Shown here one piece after another: positions 25,872-36,227 of a stretch of DNA of 64,000 bases; positions within the stretch are counted from its first letter, which is position 1, and each line of letters starts with the position of its first letter. The translations under genes were made by a program, and so were the position numbers. The stretch covers positions 1,212,730-1,276,729 of the forward strand of contig OZ252241.1 in NCBI GenBank assembly GCA_965249535.1, given 5' to 3'. This stretch comes from Vicinamibacterales bacterium (GTDB taxonomy: Bacteria; Acidobacteriota; Vicinamibacteria; Vicinamibacterales; G965249535). Under the pieces are notes generated by a model that did no database searches, was not told where the DNA came from, and worked only from the letters and a program-made list of their open reading frames with translations.

Positions 25872-27998
25872 TTAATCTTCAAGACGGCTCATCGTTATGC
25901 CGTCCCACACGCGTACGCGCTGGATCGTATCCCCTTCCCGAAGCTCATCGGCAACTTCGATACCGTCGACAACCTTACCAAATGCCGTATAGCGGGCATC
26001 AAGCTGAGGCTGGGGAGATAGGGTGATGAAGAACTGGCTCCCTCCAGTGTCCGACCCGTCGAGCGCCATACCAACAGTGCCACGAAGGTAAGGTATCTGA
26101 TTGATTTCATCCCGAATCGTATAGCCAGGTCCACCTTCACCGTCACCTCTGGGGTCACCAGCCTGAACCAAGGAATTCGGTAGAACACGATGGAATACTA
26201 GACCATCAAAGAATCCATCGACCGACAGAGTTATAAAGTTATCAACGGTCATCGGTGCATCAAGCACCGCTAGCTCCACCTCGATAACGCCCTTGTCAGT
26301 CTCAATATAAACGTGGGGTGAGACGGTGGGACTAACAAGATGTTTTGCTTCGTAAACACTTTCCGAAAAACGAACAGGTACAGGCCTGATCAACGTGGTT
26401 GCGTCAGTTGGATCCTCTAGCTGAGAAAGCTGCGTAGCTGCGCGTACTCGAACAGCCCAATCTGGATCCGACAACGCCGTCTTCAGAATACTGATTACCT
26501 CAGGTCCCCTGTACTTTGCAAGAGCACTCAAAATCGCAGCTTTCGCCACATATGATGAATCATCCCTGCCACGCTCATACGCCTCAATTAAAGCTGGTAA
26601 CCCTTCATCTGGCTTAAGCTCTCCGATGAGCCTGGCGGCAGTCATGCGAACGGCAAGATCAGGGCTTTTCAGATTGTCTAGAAGTACCTTTGTTGCGTTG
26701 ACAGCCTTTAGCTTTACGAAGGTAGACAGCACCGAGGGAACTACTCTAAGGTCGGCATCACCTAACATCGCAGTCAGTCGCGGCAATACCCGGTCTGAGT
26801 TCAACACGCCCAGAGTTTCTGCTAGCGCAGAACGGACCCTCCAGTCCTTGTCTTCATCGAGGCTGGACAACACGATAACGAAGTTCTCCGGATCGAGTTG
26901 AGCGAGACTTCGCGTCGCCACAGCCCGCATGGCAGGAAGAGGATGAGAGAGAAAATCGAGCAGTACAGTCGCCGACTCTTCCCCACCAACAACACCCAGA
27001 GCCCTAATTGATTCCAGCACCACATCCTGATCAATTCCTTGAATCTGAATCAGTCTTAAAAGTGCTCGTTCAGCCTTTGGATGTCCAGTTTCGGCAAGAG
27101 CTCGAACCGCAGCATGCATGACTCGTGTGTCTCTCCGCTGAGGATCTAGAAGCGCCAACAGAATGTCTACAGCCTCATCGTCGGCCGGCACACCTAATCC
27201 CGCCGCAGCAAACGCAACCCCGTAGGAACCCTGAACCTCAGCCAGAAGCTTGAGTGCCTTCCGCGCACGGGGATCCTCAAGTTTCTGTAACGCGTACGGA
27301 ACAGGCCACCACCAAAGGATAGGTCCACCGTCTTCGTTGAGAATCGCAGCGGCCAGTGGTTCGTACGCATCAAGCCGTGCCAAAGCGTACAACCCCAGTC
27401 GGAACGCTTCGACCCTCGGTCCCAACGGGTAAGAAAGATCTTCTGGGGCTATATCGAACGCGGCGGTCACGTGGGATGCCACCATGTTACCTACCGCTTC
27501 AGCAGCTGAAGGATCACCAATTAACCCCAGCGCTTCAGCGGCCCGCCCCTGAACAATCGGAGAGGGATCTAAAAGCGCTTGAACGAGTGGCTCAACAGCA
27601 GTACTGTCGCCAAGCAACCCCAGTGCAAATGCCGACATCTGTCTTACTTGCGCCACGGGGTCGGAAAGAACTCTCACCAATGGTTCAACACCCTCGGCGG
27701 AACGTACTCTCCCTATTCCTAAGGCCGCCCGGCGGCGTACAAGAACACTCGAATCATCGAGCAACTGAGTAAGATCAGGCACAGCTGGTGGTAAAACATC
27801 AAGGACACCAGCCTTATCCTCCAATGACTGAACCAAACCCAACTTCAAGACCGGATCGCGCAAGAGTCGCTGGTCCTCTAATCTGAGAATCCACGCAGTT
27901 TTCTCCTCGAAGCTTGGGGCTGGCTCTGGCAATACAGGCGGCGGGGCACACGCCATCAAACCCAAGCTCACGGCAAGCAACAGTTGGATATACTGCAT
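25872..27998 (-). CDS. HEAT-repeat lipoprotein with C-terminal cyclophilin-type peptidyl-prolyl isomerase domain
   Basis: The start is at ATG 27998: MQYIQLLLAVSLGLMAC is a signal peptide with a lipobox-like Cys. About 550 aa of HEAT/PBS-lyase-like repeats follow (...RRRAALGIGRVRS...VRQMSAFALGLLGD...). The C-terminus reads FHRVLPNSLVQAGDP...GTVGMAL...GGSQFFITL...FGKVVDG. The ORF-track start 28169 was rejected. Confidence 0.85.
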   Translation of the reverse strand: MQYIQLLLAVSLGLMACAPPPVLPEPAPSFEEKTAWILRLEDQRLLRDPVLKLGLVQSLEDKAGVLDVLPPAVPDLTQLLDDSSVLVRRRAALGIGRVRSAEGVEPLVRVLSDPVAQVRQMSAFALGLLGDSTAVEPLVQALLDPSPIVQGRAAEALGLIGDPSAAEAVGNMVASHVTAAFDIAPEDLSYPLGPRVEAFRLGLYALARLDAYEPLAAAILNEDGGPILWWWPVPYALQKLEDPRARKALKLLAEVQGSYGVAFAAAGLGVPADDEAVDILLALLDPQRRDTRVMHAAVRALAETGHPKAERALLRLIQIQGIDQDVVLESIRALGVVGGEESATVLLDFLSHPLPAMRAVATRSLAQLDPENFVIVLSSLDEDKDWRVRSALAETLGVLNSDRVLPRLTAMLGDADLRVVPSVLSTFVKLKAVNATKVLLDNLKSPDLAVRMTAARLIGELKPDEGLPALIEAYERGRDDSSYVAKAAILSALAKYRGPEVISILKTALSDPDWAVRVRAATQLSQLEDPTDATTLIRPVPVRFSESVYEAKHLVSPTVSPHVYIETDKGVIEVELAVLDAPMTVDNFITLSVDGFFDGLVFHRVLPNSLVQAGDPRGDGEGGPGYTIRDEINQIPYLRGTVGMALDGSDTGGSQFFITLSPQPQLDARYTAFGKVVDGIEVADELREGDTIQRVRVWDGITMSRLED

Positions 27999-28269
27999 CG
28001 TTCGGGGGCCACCTTCACCGGAAAGAACTCCACTAAAGGAACCGAAGACCGGAACTAACCGTAGATGGCTAGGCACCGCCGGAGGGGAAGGCATCCCCTT
28101 TTGACCAGCAAATTTCCTCGTGTGATCGCTAATAGCCAAAGCAGAATGTAAATACACAAAGGCAGCCAAAGGCTATACTGACCTCCAATGATCATATCAC
28201 GCACGTCTTACCTGGCAGAGACTATCACCGCTACCAGTCGTCGGAGCTATTCGCTATACTCGGAACATC

Positions 28270-28911
28270 TTGGATTACCGCTATCTTGCTATTGAAGGTC
28301 CGTTGGGAGCCGGCAAATCAGCACTTGCGGAGCGGCTTGCCGCGAAACTCAATGGCAAAATTGTGTCCGACGAAAGAGAAAATCCATTCTTGGCTGACTT
28401 CTACGCCGGCAGATCGGGTGCGGCTTTTCAGACTCAGCTTTTCTCGTTGCTGGTACGCCATCGGCAACAAGTCAAGCTCCGACAAGTCGATCTGTTCAAC
28501 CAGCTTACAATTTGTAACTACCTGTTCGATAAGGACAAGATATATGCCTATCTCAACTTGGATGACAATGAGCTCTTCATCTATCAACGACTCTACGACC
28601 TACTCGCCCAAGATATTTCTTCTCCAGATCTTCTGGTTTACCTACAAACACCGACTGAGGCGCTACGTAAGCGCCTAAAAGATCGAACTAGGCGAGATCC
28701 TAAACAACAGAAACCGTCCGACGACTATTTAGGAGAACTCAACGAGGCGTACAACCACTTTTTCTTTCACTACAACAGCACACCCCTTCTCGTAGTCGAG
28801 ACTTCGCATTTCGACCCAGGCTGGGATGATGAAGCTCTTGAAGATTTGATCAGGCAGCTTAAATCTATGCGCCAGGGCACACGTTATTATGTTCCTTGGA
28901 CGAACTCTTAG
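28270..28911 (+). CDS. Deoxynucleoside kinase family protein
   Basis: P-loop IEGPLGAGKSALA, then ...NPFLADFY... and a dNK-like lid region. TTG is the only available start. Confidence 0.8.
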   Translation: MDYRYLAIEGPLGAGKSALAERLAAKLNGKIVSDERENPFLADFYAGRSGAAFQTQLFSLLVRHRQQVKLRQVDLFNQLTICNYLFDKDKIYAYLNLDDNELFIYQRLYDLLAQDISSPDLLVYLQTPTEALRKRLKDRTRRDPKQQKPSDDYLGELNEAYNHFFFHYNSTPLLVVETSHFDPGWDDEALEDLIRQLKSMRQGTRYYVPWTNS

Positions 28912-29008
28912 TCCTGACCGGTCGTCTGTAGATGATGCGGGATGAAAATGTGCTTACAATAGTCAATCCTTGACCTGTCCTTACCTAAAACCGTAAGCTC
29001 GCTTACCT

Positions 29009-29893
29009 ATGGTATGGTTCAACAGGAAACGGAGACCCATCGCACCACCTACTGGTCCAAGTCGAATTCCTGAGGGCCTGTGGGTTAAATGTCCAGCCTG
29101 CGCTGAGATCCTTTACAAGAAGGACCTGGTGGCGAATTTGAACGTCTGCACGAAGTGCGCCTACCATTTTCAACTTAGTGCAAAGACTCGTTTACAACTA
29201 CTACTCGACGAGCAAGAGTGGGAGGAGCATGACTCCGAACTGATTTCAACCGACCCACTTAACTTCACGGATACGAAAACCTACAAACAGCGCCTGAAAG
29301 ACGGTGAAGTTACTACCGAGTTGAAGGATGCCGTCATAGTCGCAAGCGGTCGTCTTGACGGGTTTCCCCTCATTGTCGTTGCCATGGAATACGCGTTCAT
29401 TGGTGGAAGCATGGGCATCGTCGTTGGCGAGAAAATTACCCGTGCAATTGAGCGCGCTCTCAAACAAAACCTTCCGCTCTTGATTGTGACTTGCTCAGGA
29501 GGGGCACGTATGATGGAAGGCGCATTGTCATTGATGCAGATGGCCAAGATCGCCGCCGCACTTGCACGACTCGACCGGGCAAATTTACCGTACATTGCGG
29601 TGCTGACGGATCCAACGACTGGCGGTGTAACTGCCAGCTTTGCGATGCTCAGCGATATCAGTATAGCGGAACCACGTGCCTTGATTGGATTTGCAGGTCC
29701 CCGCGTTATCGAGCAGACAATAAAGCAGAAGTTACCGAAAGATTTCCAGCGCAGCGAATTTTTGTTAGAGCACGGCATGCTCGACATGGTGGTAGATCGC
29801 CGCGAACTGAAACAGACCATCGGACGCACACTTCGATTCATGTGTAAAGGCCTAACAACCGCTAAAGCACCAGAAACCCTCGCGGCGGACTGA
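29009..29893 (+). CDS. accD: Acetyl-CoA carboxylase carboxyltransferase subunit beta
   Basis: N-terminal zinc ribbon CPACAEILYKKDL...CTKCAYH, then the carboxyltransferase core GGSMG...GGARMMEG. Confidence 0.95.
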   Translation: MVWFNRKRRPIAPPTGPSRIPEGLWVKCPACAEILYKKDLVANLNVCTKCAYHFQLSAKTRLQLLLDEQEWEEHDSELISTDPLNFTDTKTYKQRLKDGEVTTELKDAVIVASGRLDGFPLIVVAMEYAFIGGSMGIVVGEKITRAIERALKQNLPLLIVTCSGGARMMEGALSLMQMAKIAAALARLDRANLPYIAVLTDPTTGGVTASFAMLSDISIAEPRALIGFAGPRVIEQTIKQKLPKDFQRSEFLLEHGMLDMVVDRRELKQTIGRTLRFMCKGLTTAKAPETLAAD

Positions 29894-29973
29894 ATCGGTC
29901 GACCGCCACCCTGTTGAAACTATGTGTCTGATCCGATTCACGACAAATACATCTCCGTCTCTGAGCCACTCCG

Positions 29974-31281
29974 ATGATAGATCCCATCGACTACCTTTTC
30001 AGACTCGAACAGTTCGGAATTAAGTTCGGACTAGAGAACATCCAGACCCTGTGCGAGGAACTAAGTCAACCACAGAAAAATTTTCGTTCCGTAATCGTAG
30101 CTGGGACCAATGGTAAAGGGTCCCTCATGGCCATGTTGGATACGGCACTCCGGGCAGCTGGTTACCGAACAGGTTGTTACACGTCTCCCCACCTGATCAA
30201 ACTCGAAGAGCGGTTCGTCATTAACGGACGGGCCGTATCAACAAACGCACTGCGTCGTGAAGCATCGATAGTTTACGATGCGATTGAATTACTTAGAAAA
30301 CAAGGAAGACTCGCAGCAGCGCCTACGTTCTTCGAGGCGACAACTGCAGTAGCACTCAGTTTGTTTCGGCGTGCTGGTATCGAGTTAGCCTTACTAGAAG
30401 TTGGTCTCGGGGGACGTCTGGATGCAACAAATGTCGTATTGCCCATAGCGGCAGCCATCACATCGATCGATCTGGATCACGAGCGCTACCTAGGTACTAA
30501 TATTCGCGACATCGCTCGAGAAAAGGCCGGTGTGATCAAACCTGGTATGGTAGCTGTTGTGGGAGAGAGCAAAGCTGATGCCATCGAAGTTTTCGAAGAG
30601 AAATGCGCTGAACATTCAGCGCATTTCGTGCAAGCCAGAACAGACGTTAGGTTGCACTCAAAAATGCAGGCCGGACGGCTAGAAATGTTCCTCTCAACAC
30701 CAACACGGCGTTATGAACCATTCACTCTCGCACTCAGGGGCCGCCATCAAGTCGATAATGCTATCGTCGCCATACGCCTACTCGAAGAACTGGGTACTCT
30801 CGGTTTATTAATTTCACCAGACGCAATCGTACACGGCTTGTCTAATGCCGTGTGGCGAGGGCGACTCGAACTTCTAGATATTGCCAAAGGAGGCAAACTC
30901 TTACTAGATGCTGCTCACAATCCTGCAGCAGCTCGCGCACTCGCTGCTTACTTAACCGAGGTCCATCCCACCGGATTACCAATAGTTTTCGCCACGATGA
31001 AAGATAAAAATACCGCGGTAATGTTAGAAGCACTCGCGCCGTGTGCGACCCAATTCGTCTGTCCTATCTTAAAGACGTCCCGTGCCACACCCGCCGAGGA
31101 AACTGCCGATCTGGCCAAACGGATTGTACCTCGTGTAACGGTCGATGTTGCACAAAATTGCTGGTCTGCCGTTGAGAAAGCGTGGCAGATGAGTGGAACC
31201 GTCTGCGCGGCAGGATCGCTCTTCCTTATTGGCGAGCTCCTTGATACGCTCGAACACATTGAAGATGTTAATCCTGTCTGA
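29974..31281 (+). CDS. folC: Bifunctional folylpolyglutamate synthase / dihydrofolate synthase
   Basis: Mur-ligase P-loop VAGTNGKGS, ...EVGLGGRLDATN, and the accD-folC adjacency. Confidence 0.92.
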   Translation: MIDPIDYLFRLEQFGIKFGLENIQTLCEELSQPQKNFRSVIVAGTNGKGSLMAMLDTALRAAGYRTGCYTSPHLIKLEERFVINGRAVSTNALRREASIVYDAIELLRKQGRLAAAPTFFEATTAVALSLFRRAGIELALLEVGLGGRLDATNVVLPIAAAITSIDLDHERYLGTNIRDIAREKAGVIKPGMVAVVGESKADAIEVFEEKCAEHSAHFVQARTDVRLHSKMQAGRLEMFLSTPTRRYEPFTLALRGRHQVDNAIVAIRLLEELGTLGLLISPDAIVHGLSNAVWRGRLELLDIAKGGKLLLDAAHNPAAARALAAYLTEVHPTGLPIVFATMKDKNTAVMLEALAPCATQFVCPILKTSRATPAEETADLAKRIVPRVTVDVAQNCWSAVEKAWQMSGTVCAAGSLFLIGELLDTLEHIEDVNPV

Positions 31282-31302
31282 ACATACTAAGAGCTCAGGA
31301 AC

Positions 31303-33564
31303 GTGCGTGACGCCATTCACCGAATGACTCGCCTGACATCGGCTGTCTTCTTCTGTTTGTTGCTCGCGTCGAGCATCAGCGAGGCACAAACTATTCCTGG
31401 CTGTAATTCCCTCCAGTTTAGGATCGAGCAGATCGACGAAAGTCACATCCGTTTAACCGGTGAAGTCGAGATAGAGTGTGAGGAGGCGAAGTACTACGCC
31501 GATGAAGTCGACCTGTACACTGACACTAACACGCTGATCGCCAATGGTAACGTCGTTTTCACCTCTGGCCGAAGCCGAATTGCCGCCGATCATGTCGAGT
31601 TCAATACTCAAACACGTACTGGAACATTTCACCAGGCGTTTGGAACGTCATTCCTTGGCGATCAAGTGGATCGCAGCATGTTCGGTAACTCGGAACCAGA
31701 AGCATATTTCTGGGGTGTAACACTTGAGAAACTCAGTGAAACCAAATACCGCATCACGAACGGTGGTTTCACCACTTGTGTCCAACCGACTCCACGCTGG
31801 GAGGTATCAGCAAGTACCTTCACGCTGAACCTTGACGACTACGCGATCCTTAAAAATGCAGTCCTAAAGGTCAAAGGAGTACCGGTGTTTTATATGCCAA
31901 CCTTCTATCTTCCTATTCAGGAAGATGACCGCGCAACCGGGTTCCTTATTCCTTCTTTCGGAACGTCAACCTTTAAGGGTTCTGCACTCAGCAATGCTTT
32001 CTTCTGGGCGGTCAACCGAAGTCACGACGTAACCTTGCTACACGATTGGTTCTCTGAAGTCGGACAAGGTGCTGGAACTGAATACCGGTACGTACTTGGG
32101 CAGAGATCGCAGGGAGAGACACGTGCATACTTTCTGGATGAGCACGACCCTGTTCGACGCAGTTATCAACTCAGAGGCAGTGCAATGCAAAGCCTGGGCC
32201 AGTCTCTGGTAGCCCGGGCGCAGGTAAGGTACTTCTCCGACATGGACGTCCAGCAGCTCTTCAACAATAGTATCCGTGAACGCTCGCGACGTGATCGGAC
32301 GTTCGGTGGCAATATCACTGGTACTTGGGGATCGTCCACACTTACCGGCAGCGTCGATTGGAGAGAAACTTTCTTCGGAGGTGACAAATCGACACTTAAT
32401 GGTGGCGCTCCGCGCGTTTCCTTCAGACGAGCGGAACGACCTATCGGCAACCTACCGATTTACTTCTCGTTTGGAAGCGGGTACTCGAATCTGCTACGTC
32501 AACGGCGAGATGATGGAGTAACAAAAGGTGACTCTGGTCTCACGCGCCTTGACGTGAACCCAGTGGCACGTGTGCCCTTTACAAGCTGGCCGTTTTTGAC
32601 GATCAACTCAACGTTAGGCTGGAAGGCGACATACTGGACAGAACGAAAGGACGAGGAGACCAAGGAACAGGTGGTCGGTGGAATAACACGACGCTATTTC
32701 GATTTAGAGACACGGATTACTGGTCCAAGTTTTGTTCGGATCTTTGACACTAGTGGTACTGGATACGCTGAGCGACTTAAACACGTCATTGAACCATGGG
32801 TGGCCTTGCAGCGTATAACGGCTGTTGACAACTTTGATCAGATCGTCCGACTTGAAAGTACTGATTCAGTTGTTGGAACGACACGAATTGGCTATGGTCT
32901 AAATAACCGGCTCTACGCGAGACGTGGTGCAAGCGCGAGAGAAATCCTCAACATCGCTATTACTCAGAGCTACTACTCCAACGCACGAGCGGCCCAGTTC
33001 GACCGACGGTTCAGGACGAGCTTCAACAAGACGAACCCGAGCCATTTCTCACCAGCGGCTTTGCTTGTCCGAGCTACACCAACCAACCGGATTAGCGGGA
33101 TGCTCAGGGCCGAGTATGACACCCAATTTATGGCTCTTAGAACAATTGGCCTTGACGCAACCGTGTCCGCAGGCGAGGGGCTGCGGGCGTCTGGCGGGTG
33201 GAGCCAGCGGCGTTTTATCGAAGGCCTTCGTGGATTCGACAACCCAAATCGACTTGACCACTACGTGAACGGCTCAGCGAATTGGCGGACGTCTGGAAAT
33301 AAGGTTGGTGCCCGCTACAACTTCAACTACGATATCCGCCGCGGTAAATTTCTCCAGCAAAGAATTCTTGCCTACTACAATGCTCAGTGCTGTGGTCTCA
33401 TTGTGGAGTATCAAACATTCGATTTTCGACGACTTGGTAAGCGAGCGAGGGCACCCAGAGATAATCGATTCAATATTTCCTTCACACTGGCAGGAATCGG
33501 TACGTTTTCGAATTTTCTTGGCGCCTTCGGCGGTGGCTTCGGTGATGGAGCAAACAACTATTGA
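31303..33564 (+). CDS. lptD: LPS-assembly outer-membrane protein LptD (OstA family)
   Basis: A signal peptide, an OstA N-domain (ADEVDLYTDTNTLIANGNVVFTSGRSRIAADHVEF) and a large beta-barrel-type C-terminal region. 753 aa. Confidence 0.88.
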   Translation: MRDAIHRMTRLTSAVFFCLLLASSISEAQTIPGCNSLQFRIEQIDESHIRLTGEVEIECEEAKYYADEVDLYTDTNTLIANGNVVFTSGRSRIAADHVEFNTQTRTGTFHQAFGTSFLGDQVDRSMFGNSEPEAYFWGVTLEKLSETKYRITNGGFTTCVQPTPRWEVSASTFTLNLDDYAILKNAVLKVKGVPVFYMPTFYLPIQEDDRATGFLIPSFGTSTFKGSALSNAFFWAVNRSHDVTLLHDWFSEVGQGAGTEYRYVLGQRSQGETRAYFLDEHDPVRRSYQLRGSAMQSLGQSLVARAQVRYFSDMDVQQLFNNSIRERSRRDRTFGGNITGTWGSSTLTGSVDWRETFFGGDKSTLNGGAPRVSFRRAERPIGNLPIYFSFGSGYSNLLRQRRDDGVTKGDSGLTRLDVNPVARVPFTSWPFLTINSTLGWKATYWTERKDEETKEQVVGGITRRYFDLETRITGPSFVRIFDTSGTGYAERLKHVIEPWVALQRITAVDNFDQIVRLESTDSVVGTTRIGYGLNNRLYARRGASAREILNIAITQSYYSNARAAQFDRRFRTSFNKTNPSHFSPAALLVRATPTNRISGMLRAEYDTQFMALRTIGLDATVSAGEGLRASGGWSQRRFIEGLRGFDNPNRLDHYVNGSANWRTSGNKVGARYNFNYDIRRGKFLQQRILAYYNAQCCGLIVEYQTFDFRRLGKRARAPRDNRFNISFTLAGIGTFSNFLGAFGGGFGDGANNY

Positions 33565-34625
33565 AGGGACTGATTTTAAGTGGTGGGAAGGGTAGTCGGC
33601 TTCGACCGCTTACCTATACGAGTGCCAAGCAACTCGTACCAATAGCCAACAAACCTGTACTTTTTTATGGCATTGAAGCGCTGGTAGCCGCAGGGATCCA
33701 AGACATCGGGATCGTGGTTGGCGACACACAAGCGGAAATTCGAGCCGCCGTTGGTGATGGTTCGAACTGGGACATTAAGGTAACTTATATCGAACAGGAT
33801 GCGCCTCGAGGACTGGCACATGCTGTTTTAATCAGTGAGCCATTTATCGGTTGTGACCCGTTCGTGGTGTACCTCGGTGATAACCTTCTTAACAAAGGCA
33901 TCAACTCCCTGGTCCAAGAATTTGTAATCCAGCGTCCAGCCGCTCAGATTCTTCTGGCCAAAGTACCAGACCCAAAGATGTTCGGTGTTGCCGAAGTCTT
34001 GAATGATCGCGTCATACGCCTCGTCGAAAAACCTCGTGAACCAAAAAGTGACTTCGCGTTGGTGGGTGTATATATGTTTGGCCCAGAAATTTTTGATTCG
34101 GTCAAGCGAATCAAACCAAGTTTTCGTGATGAACTAGAAATTACCGATGCAATCCAGGATTTGATTGACCGTAACCTTATTGTAAGACCACATGTAGTGA
34201 CAGGTTGGTGGAAGGATACAGGAAAATTTGAAGACGTGTTAGAAGCCAACCGACTAATACTCGATACTGTTGATACACGGATTGACGGTACGGTCGACTT
34301 GGAATCAAAAATCGAAGGTAAGGTGATCCTAGAATCTGGTGCTATTGTCAAACACTCCATAGTAAGAGGTCCCGTCATCATCGGCACTCGAGCTCAAATT
34401 GCCCATGCCTACATAGGTCCGTTCACTTCTATTATGAATGACGTTAAGATTAAAGGATCAGAAGTGGAACACAGTATCATCTTAGAAGGTAGTGTTATTA
34501 GCGATCTCGCTATCCGCGTCATCGATAGCCTCATTGGAAAGGATGTTCGTATCTACCGACAGCCTGCTAAACCAACCTCATACCGCTTCGTACTCGGTGA
34601 TAATTCGGAAGTCGGTATACGCTAG
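33561..34625 (+). CDS. Glucose-1-phosphate thymidylyltransferase-like sugar nucleotidyltransferase (long form with LbH C-domain)
   Basis: GLILSGGKGSRLRPLTYTSAKQLVPIANKP, plus a C-terminal left-handed beta-helix repeat region. The TTG start overlaps the lptD TGA (TTGA). Confidence 0.88.
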   Translation: MKGLILSGGKGSRLRPLTYTSAKQLVPIANKPVLFYGIEALVAAGIQDIGIVVGDTQAEIRAAVGDGSNWDIKVTYIEQDAPRGLAHAVLISEPFIGCDPFVVYLGDNLLNKGINSLVQEFVIQRPAAQILLAKVPDPKMFGVAEVLNDRVIRLVEKPREPKSDFALVGVYMFGPEIFDSVKRIKPSFRDELEITDAIQDLIDRNLIVRPHVVTGWWKDTGKFEDVLEANRLILDTVDTRIDGTVDLESKIEGKVILESGAIVKHSIVRGPVIIGTRAQIAHAYIGPFTSIMNDVKIKGSEVEHSIILEGSVISDLAIRVIDSLIGKDVRIYRQPAKPTSYRFVLGDNSEVGIR

Positions 34626-34682
34626 TGACGTTCTAGCTAACTGAATATCTCTCGGTACCAACTATAAAGAGGAGTCACAATT

Positions 34683-35186
34683 GTGACGAATCCAACTCAG
34701 CGAAAATTCACTACCGGCGGTACATCTCCAGTCATCGATGGAGTTAAAACAAAGAAGCTGACCGTAATTCCAGATGAGCGCGGTTGGTTGATGGAAATTC
34801 TTCGCGCTGACGAATCAACACTTTTCAAGAAATTCGGACAGGTTTATGTCTCGGCTACATATCCTAGTGTAGTGAAAGCATGGCACTACCACAAACAACA
34901 AATCGACAACTTCGCTTGTATCGCTGGGAAGATCAAACTCGTAATTATCGACACTCGCAACGGTTCACCAACTGAGGGTGTCGTTAACGAATTTTTTCTT
35001 GGCCCTTTAAATCCAACTCTGGTGCAAATACCAAATCTCACCTACCACGGGTGGAAATGTGTCGGGACAGACCCCGGACTTGTGATCAACGTTCCGAGTG
35101 AGCCTTACAACCACGAAGATCCCGATGAGTTCAGATTAGAACCGCACGGAACACTCCCATATGACTGGTCACGAAAAGATGGCTAA
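34683..35186 (+). CDS. dTDP-4-dehydrorhamnose 3,5-epimerase-like cupin (RmlC family)
   Basis: IPDERGWLMEILR...YHGW, a cupin pattern. AAGAGGAG lies 8 nt upstream of the GTG. 167 aa. Confidence 0.8.
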   Translation: MTNPTQRKFTTGGTSPVIDGVKTKKLTVIPDERGWLMEILRADESTLFKKFGQVYVSATYPSVVKAWHYHKQQIDNFACIAGKIKLVIIDTRNGSPTEGVVNEFFLGPLNPTLVQIPNLTYHGWKCVGTDPGLVINVPSEPYNHEDPDEFRLEPHGTLPYDWSRKDG

Positions 35187-36165
35187 AGTACTCGTGACCG
35201 GCGGGGCAGGATTTATTGGTGGAAATTTTGTGCGCCATGCACTGGCCGAGCACTCCCAATGGCATATCACAACGCTGGACAAACTTACCTACGCCGGTCG
35301 TATTGAAACCTTACACGACGTGATGGACAACCCGCGGCACGCTTTCGTACATGGCGACGTCTGTGACTTTTCTGTAGTGGCTCCCTTGGTACAAGAGGCC
35401 AACATCATCGTCCATTTTGCCGCTGAGACTCACGTAGATCGGTCGATCAAAAGTGCACGTGAGTTTATAAATACCGACATCTATGGAACTTTTGTGCTGC
35501 TTGAAGCAGCAAGGTCAGCAGACCACCTTCAGCGCTTCATTCAGATCTCAACTGATGAGGTTTATGGTAATGTTCCAAATGGTGCCAGTCGGGAAGCTGA
35601 CGAATTAAGGCCAACTAACCCATACGCCGCTAGTAAAACCGCAGCAGACCGCCTAGCATACAGCTACTGGGCCACTCATAACGTACCAGTTATCATCACA
35701 CGAGCTTCAAATAACTATGGTCCGTACCAGTTCCCAGAAAAAGTCATTCCGCTTTTCGTAACAAACGCGATCGACAATCTTGCGGTTCCCCTTTACGGTA
35801 ATGGCCAGAACATCCGCGACTGGCTCCACGTAAGCGATCACTGCCGAGCCTTAGACCTTGTCATAGAGAGAGGGCAACTCGGTGAGGTGTACAACATCGG
35901 TGGCGAAAACGAAATCTCTAATCTTAATCTTACGCACCAAATTCTTAGCCTCGCAGACCGTCCAGAAACTTTAATTCAATTGGTACGTGATCGACCAGGA
36001 CACGACCAACGATATTTTCTAGACATAACGAAAGTCAGGTCTCTAGGTTGGCAACCGGAAACCACATTCACAGACGGTCTGAAAGACACTGTTCGATGGT
36101 ACCAAGAAAACGAGTGGTGGTGGCGATCTATCAAGGCGCAAGATCTAAGTTTCCAGACCGACTAA
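35179..36165 (+). CDS. rfbB: dTDP-glucose 4,6-dehydratase
   Basis: MAKVLVTGGAGFIGGNF, a YAASK catalytic dyad, and ...DGLKDTVRWYQENEWWW. The start was taken at ATG 35179 (ORF track: 35161). Confidence 0.93.
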   Translation: MAKVLVTGGAGFIGGNFVRHALAEHSQWHITTLDKLTYAGRIETLHDVMDNPRHAFVHGDVCDFSVVAPLVQEANIIVHFAAETHVDRSIKSAREFINTDIYGTFVLLEAARSADHLQRFIQISTDEVYGNVPNGASREADELRPTNPYAASKTAADRLAYSYWATHNVPVIITRASNNYGPYQFPEKVIPLFVTNAIDNLAVPLYGNGQNIRDWLHVSDHCRALDLVIERGQLGEVYNIGGENEISNLNLTHQILSLADRPETLIQLVRDRPGHDQRYFLDITKVRSLGWQPETTFTDGLKDTVRWYQENEWWWRSIKAQDLSFQTD

Positions 36166-36227
36166 CAGAACCAGTATGGTCAGAAAATTTAACTAGAACA
36201 ACTACCTAGTCTGTACCAATTTATGAG

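Noticed and set aside
28083-28102. A small hairpin AGGGGA-aggca-TCCCCT followed by TTT on the plus strand.
   Set aside because: There is no plus-strand gene upstream for it to terminate. It is only 6 bp and sits in the likely 5' leader and promoter region shared by the PPIase and kinase genes. The evidence is insufficient to call a feature.
27999-28169. A 57-codon N-terminal extension of the HEAT-PPIase ORF (ORF-track start at 28169).
   Set aside because: A textbook signal peptide with a lipobox-like Cys begins at the internal Met (ATG 27998). The extension has no signal-like or conserved character.
29281-29841. Long ORFs antisense to or out of frame with strong genes: 186 aa inside accD, and similarly 33944..34387 in the thymidylyltransferase gene, 51320..51838 in the GT2 gene, and 12381..12860 in the HugZ-like gene.
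   Set aside because: They are fully nested in genes with unambiguous motifs. Their products are Ser/Arg/Pro-rich low-complexity sequence with no recognisable domain and no SD. They are shadow ORFs, as expected in G+C-richer coding DNA.
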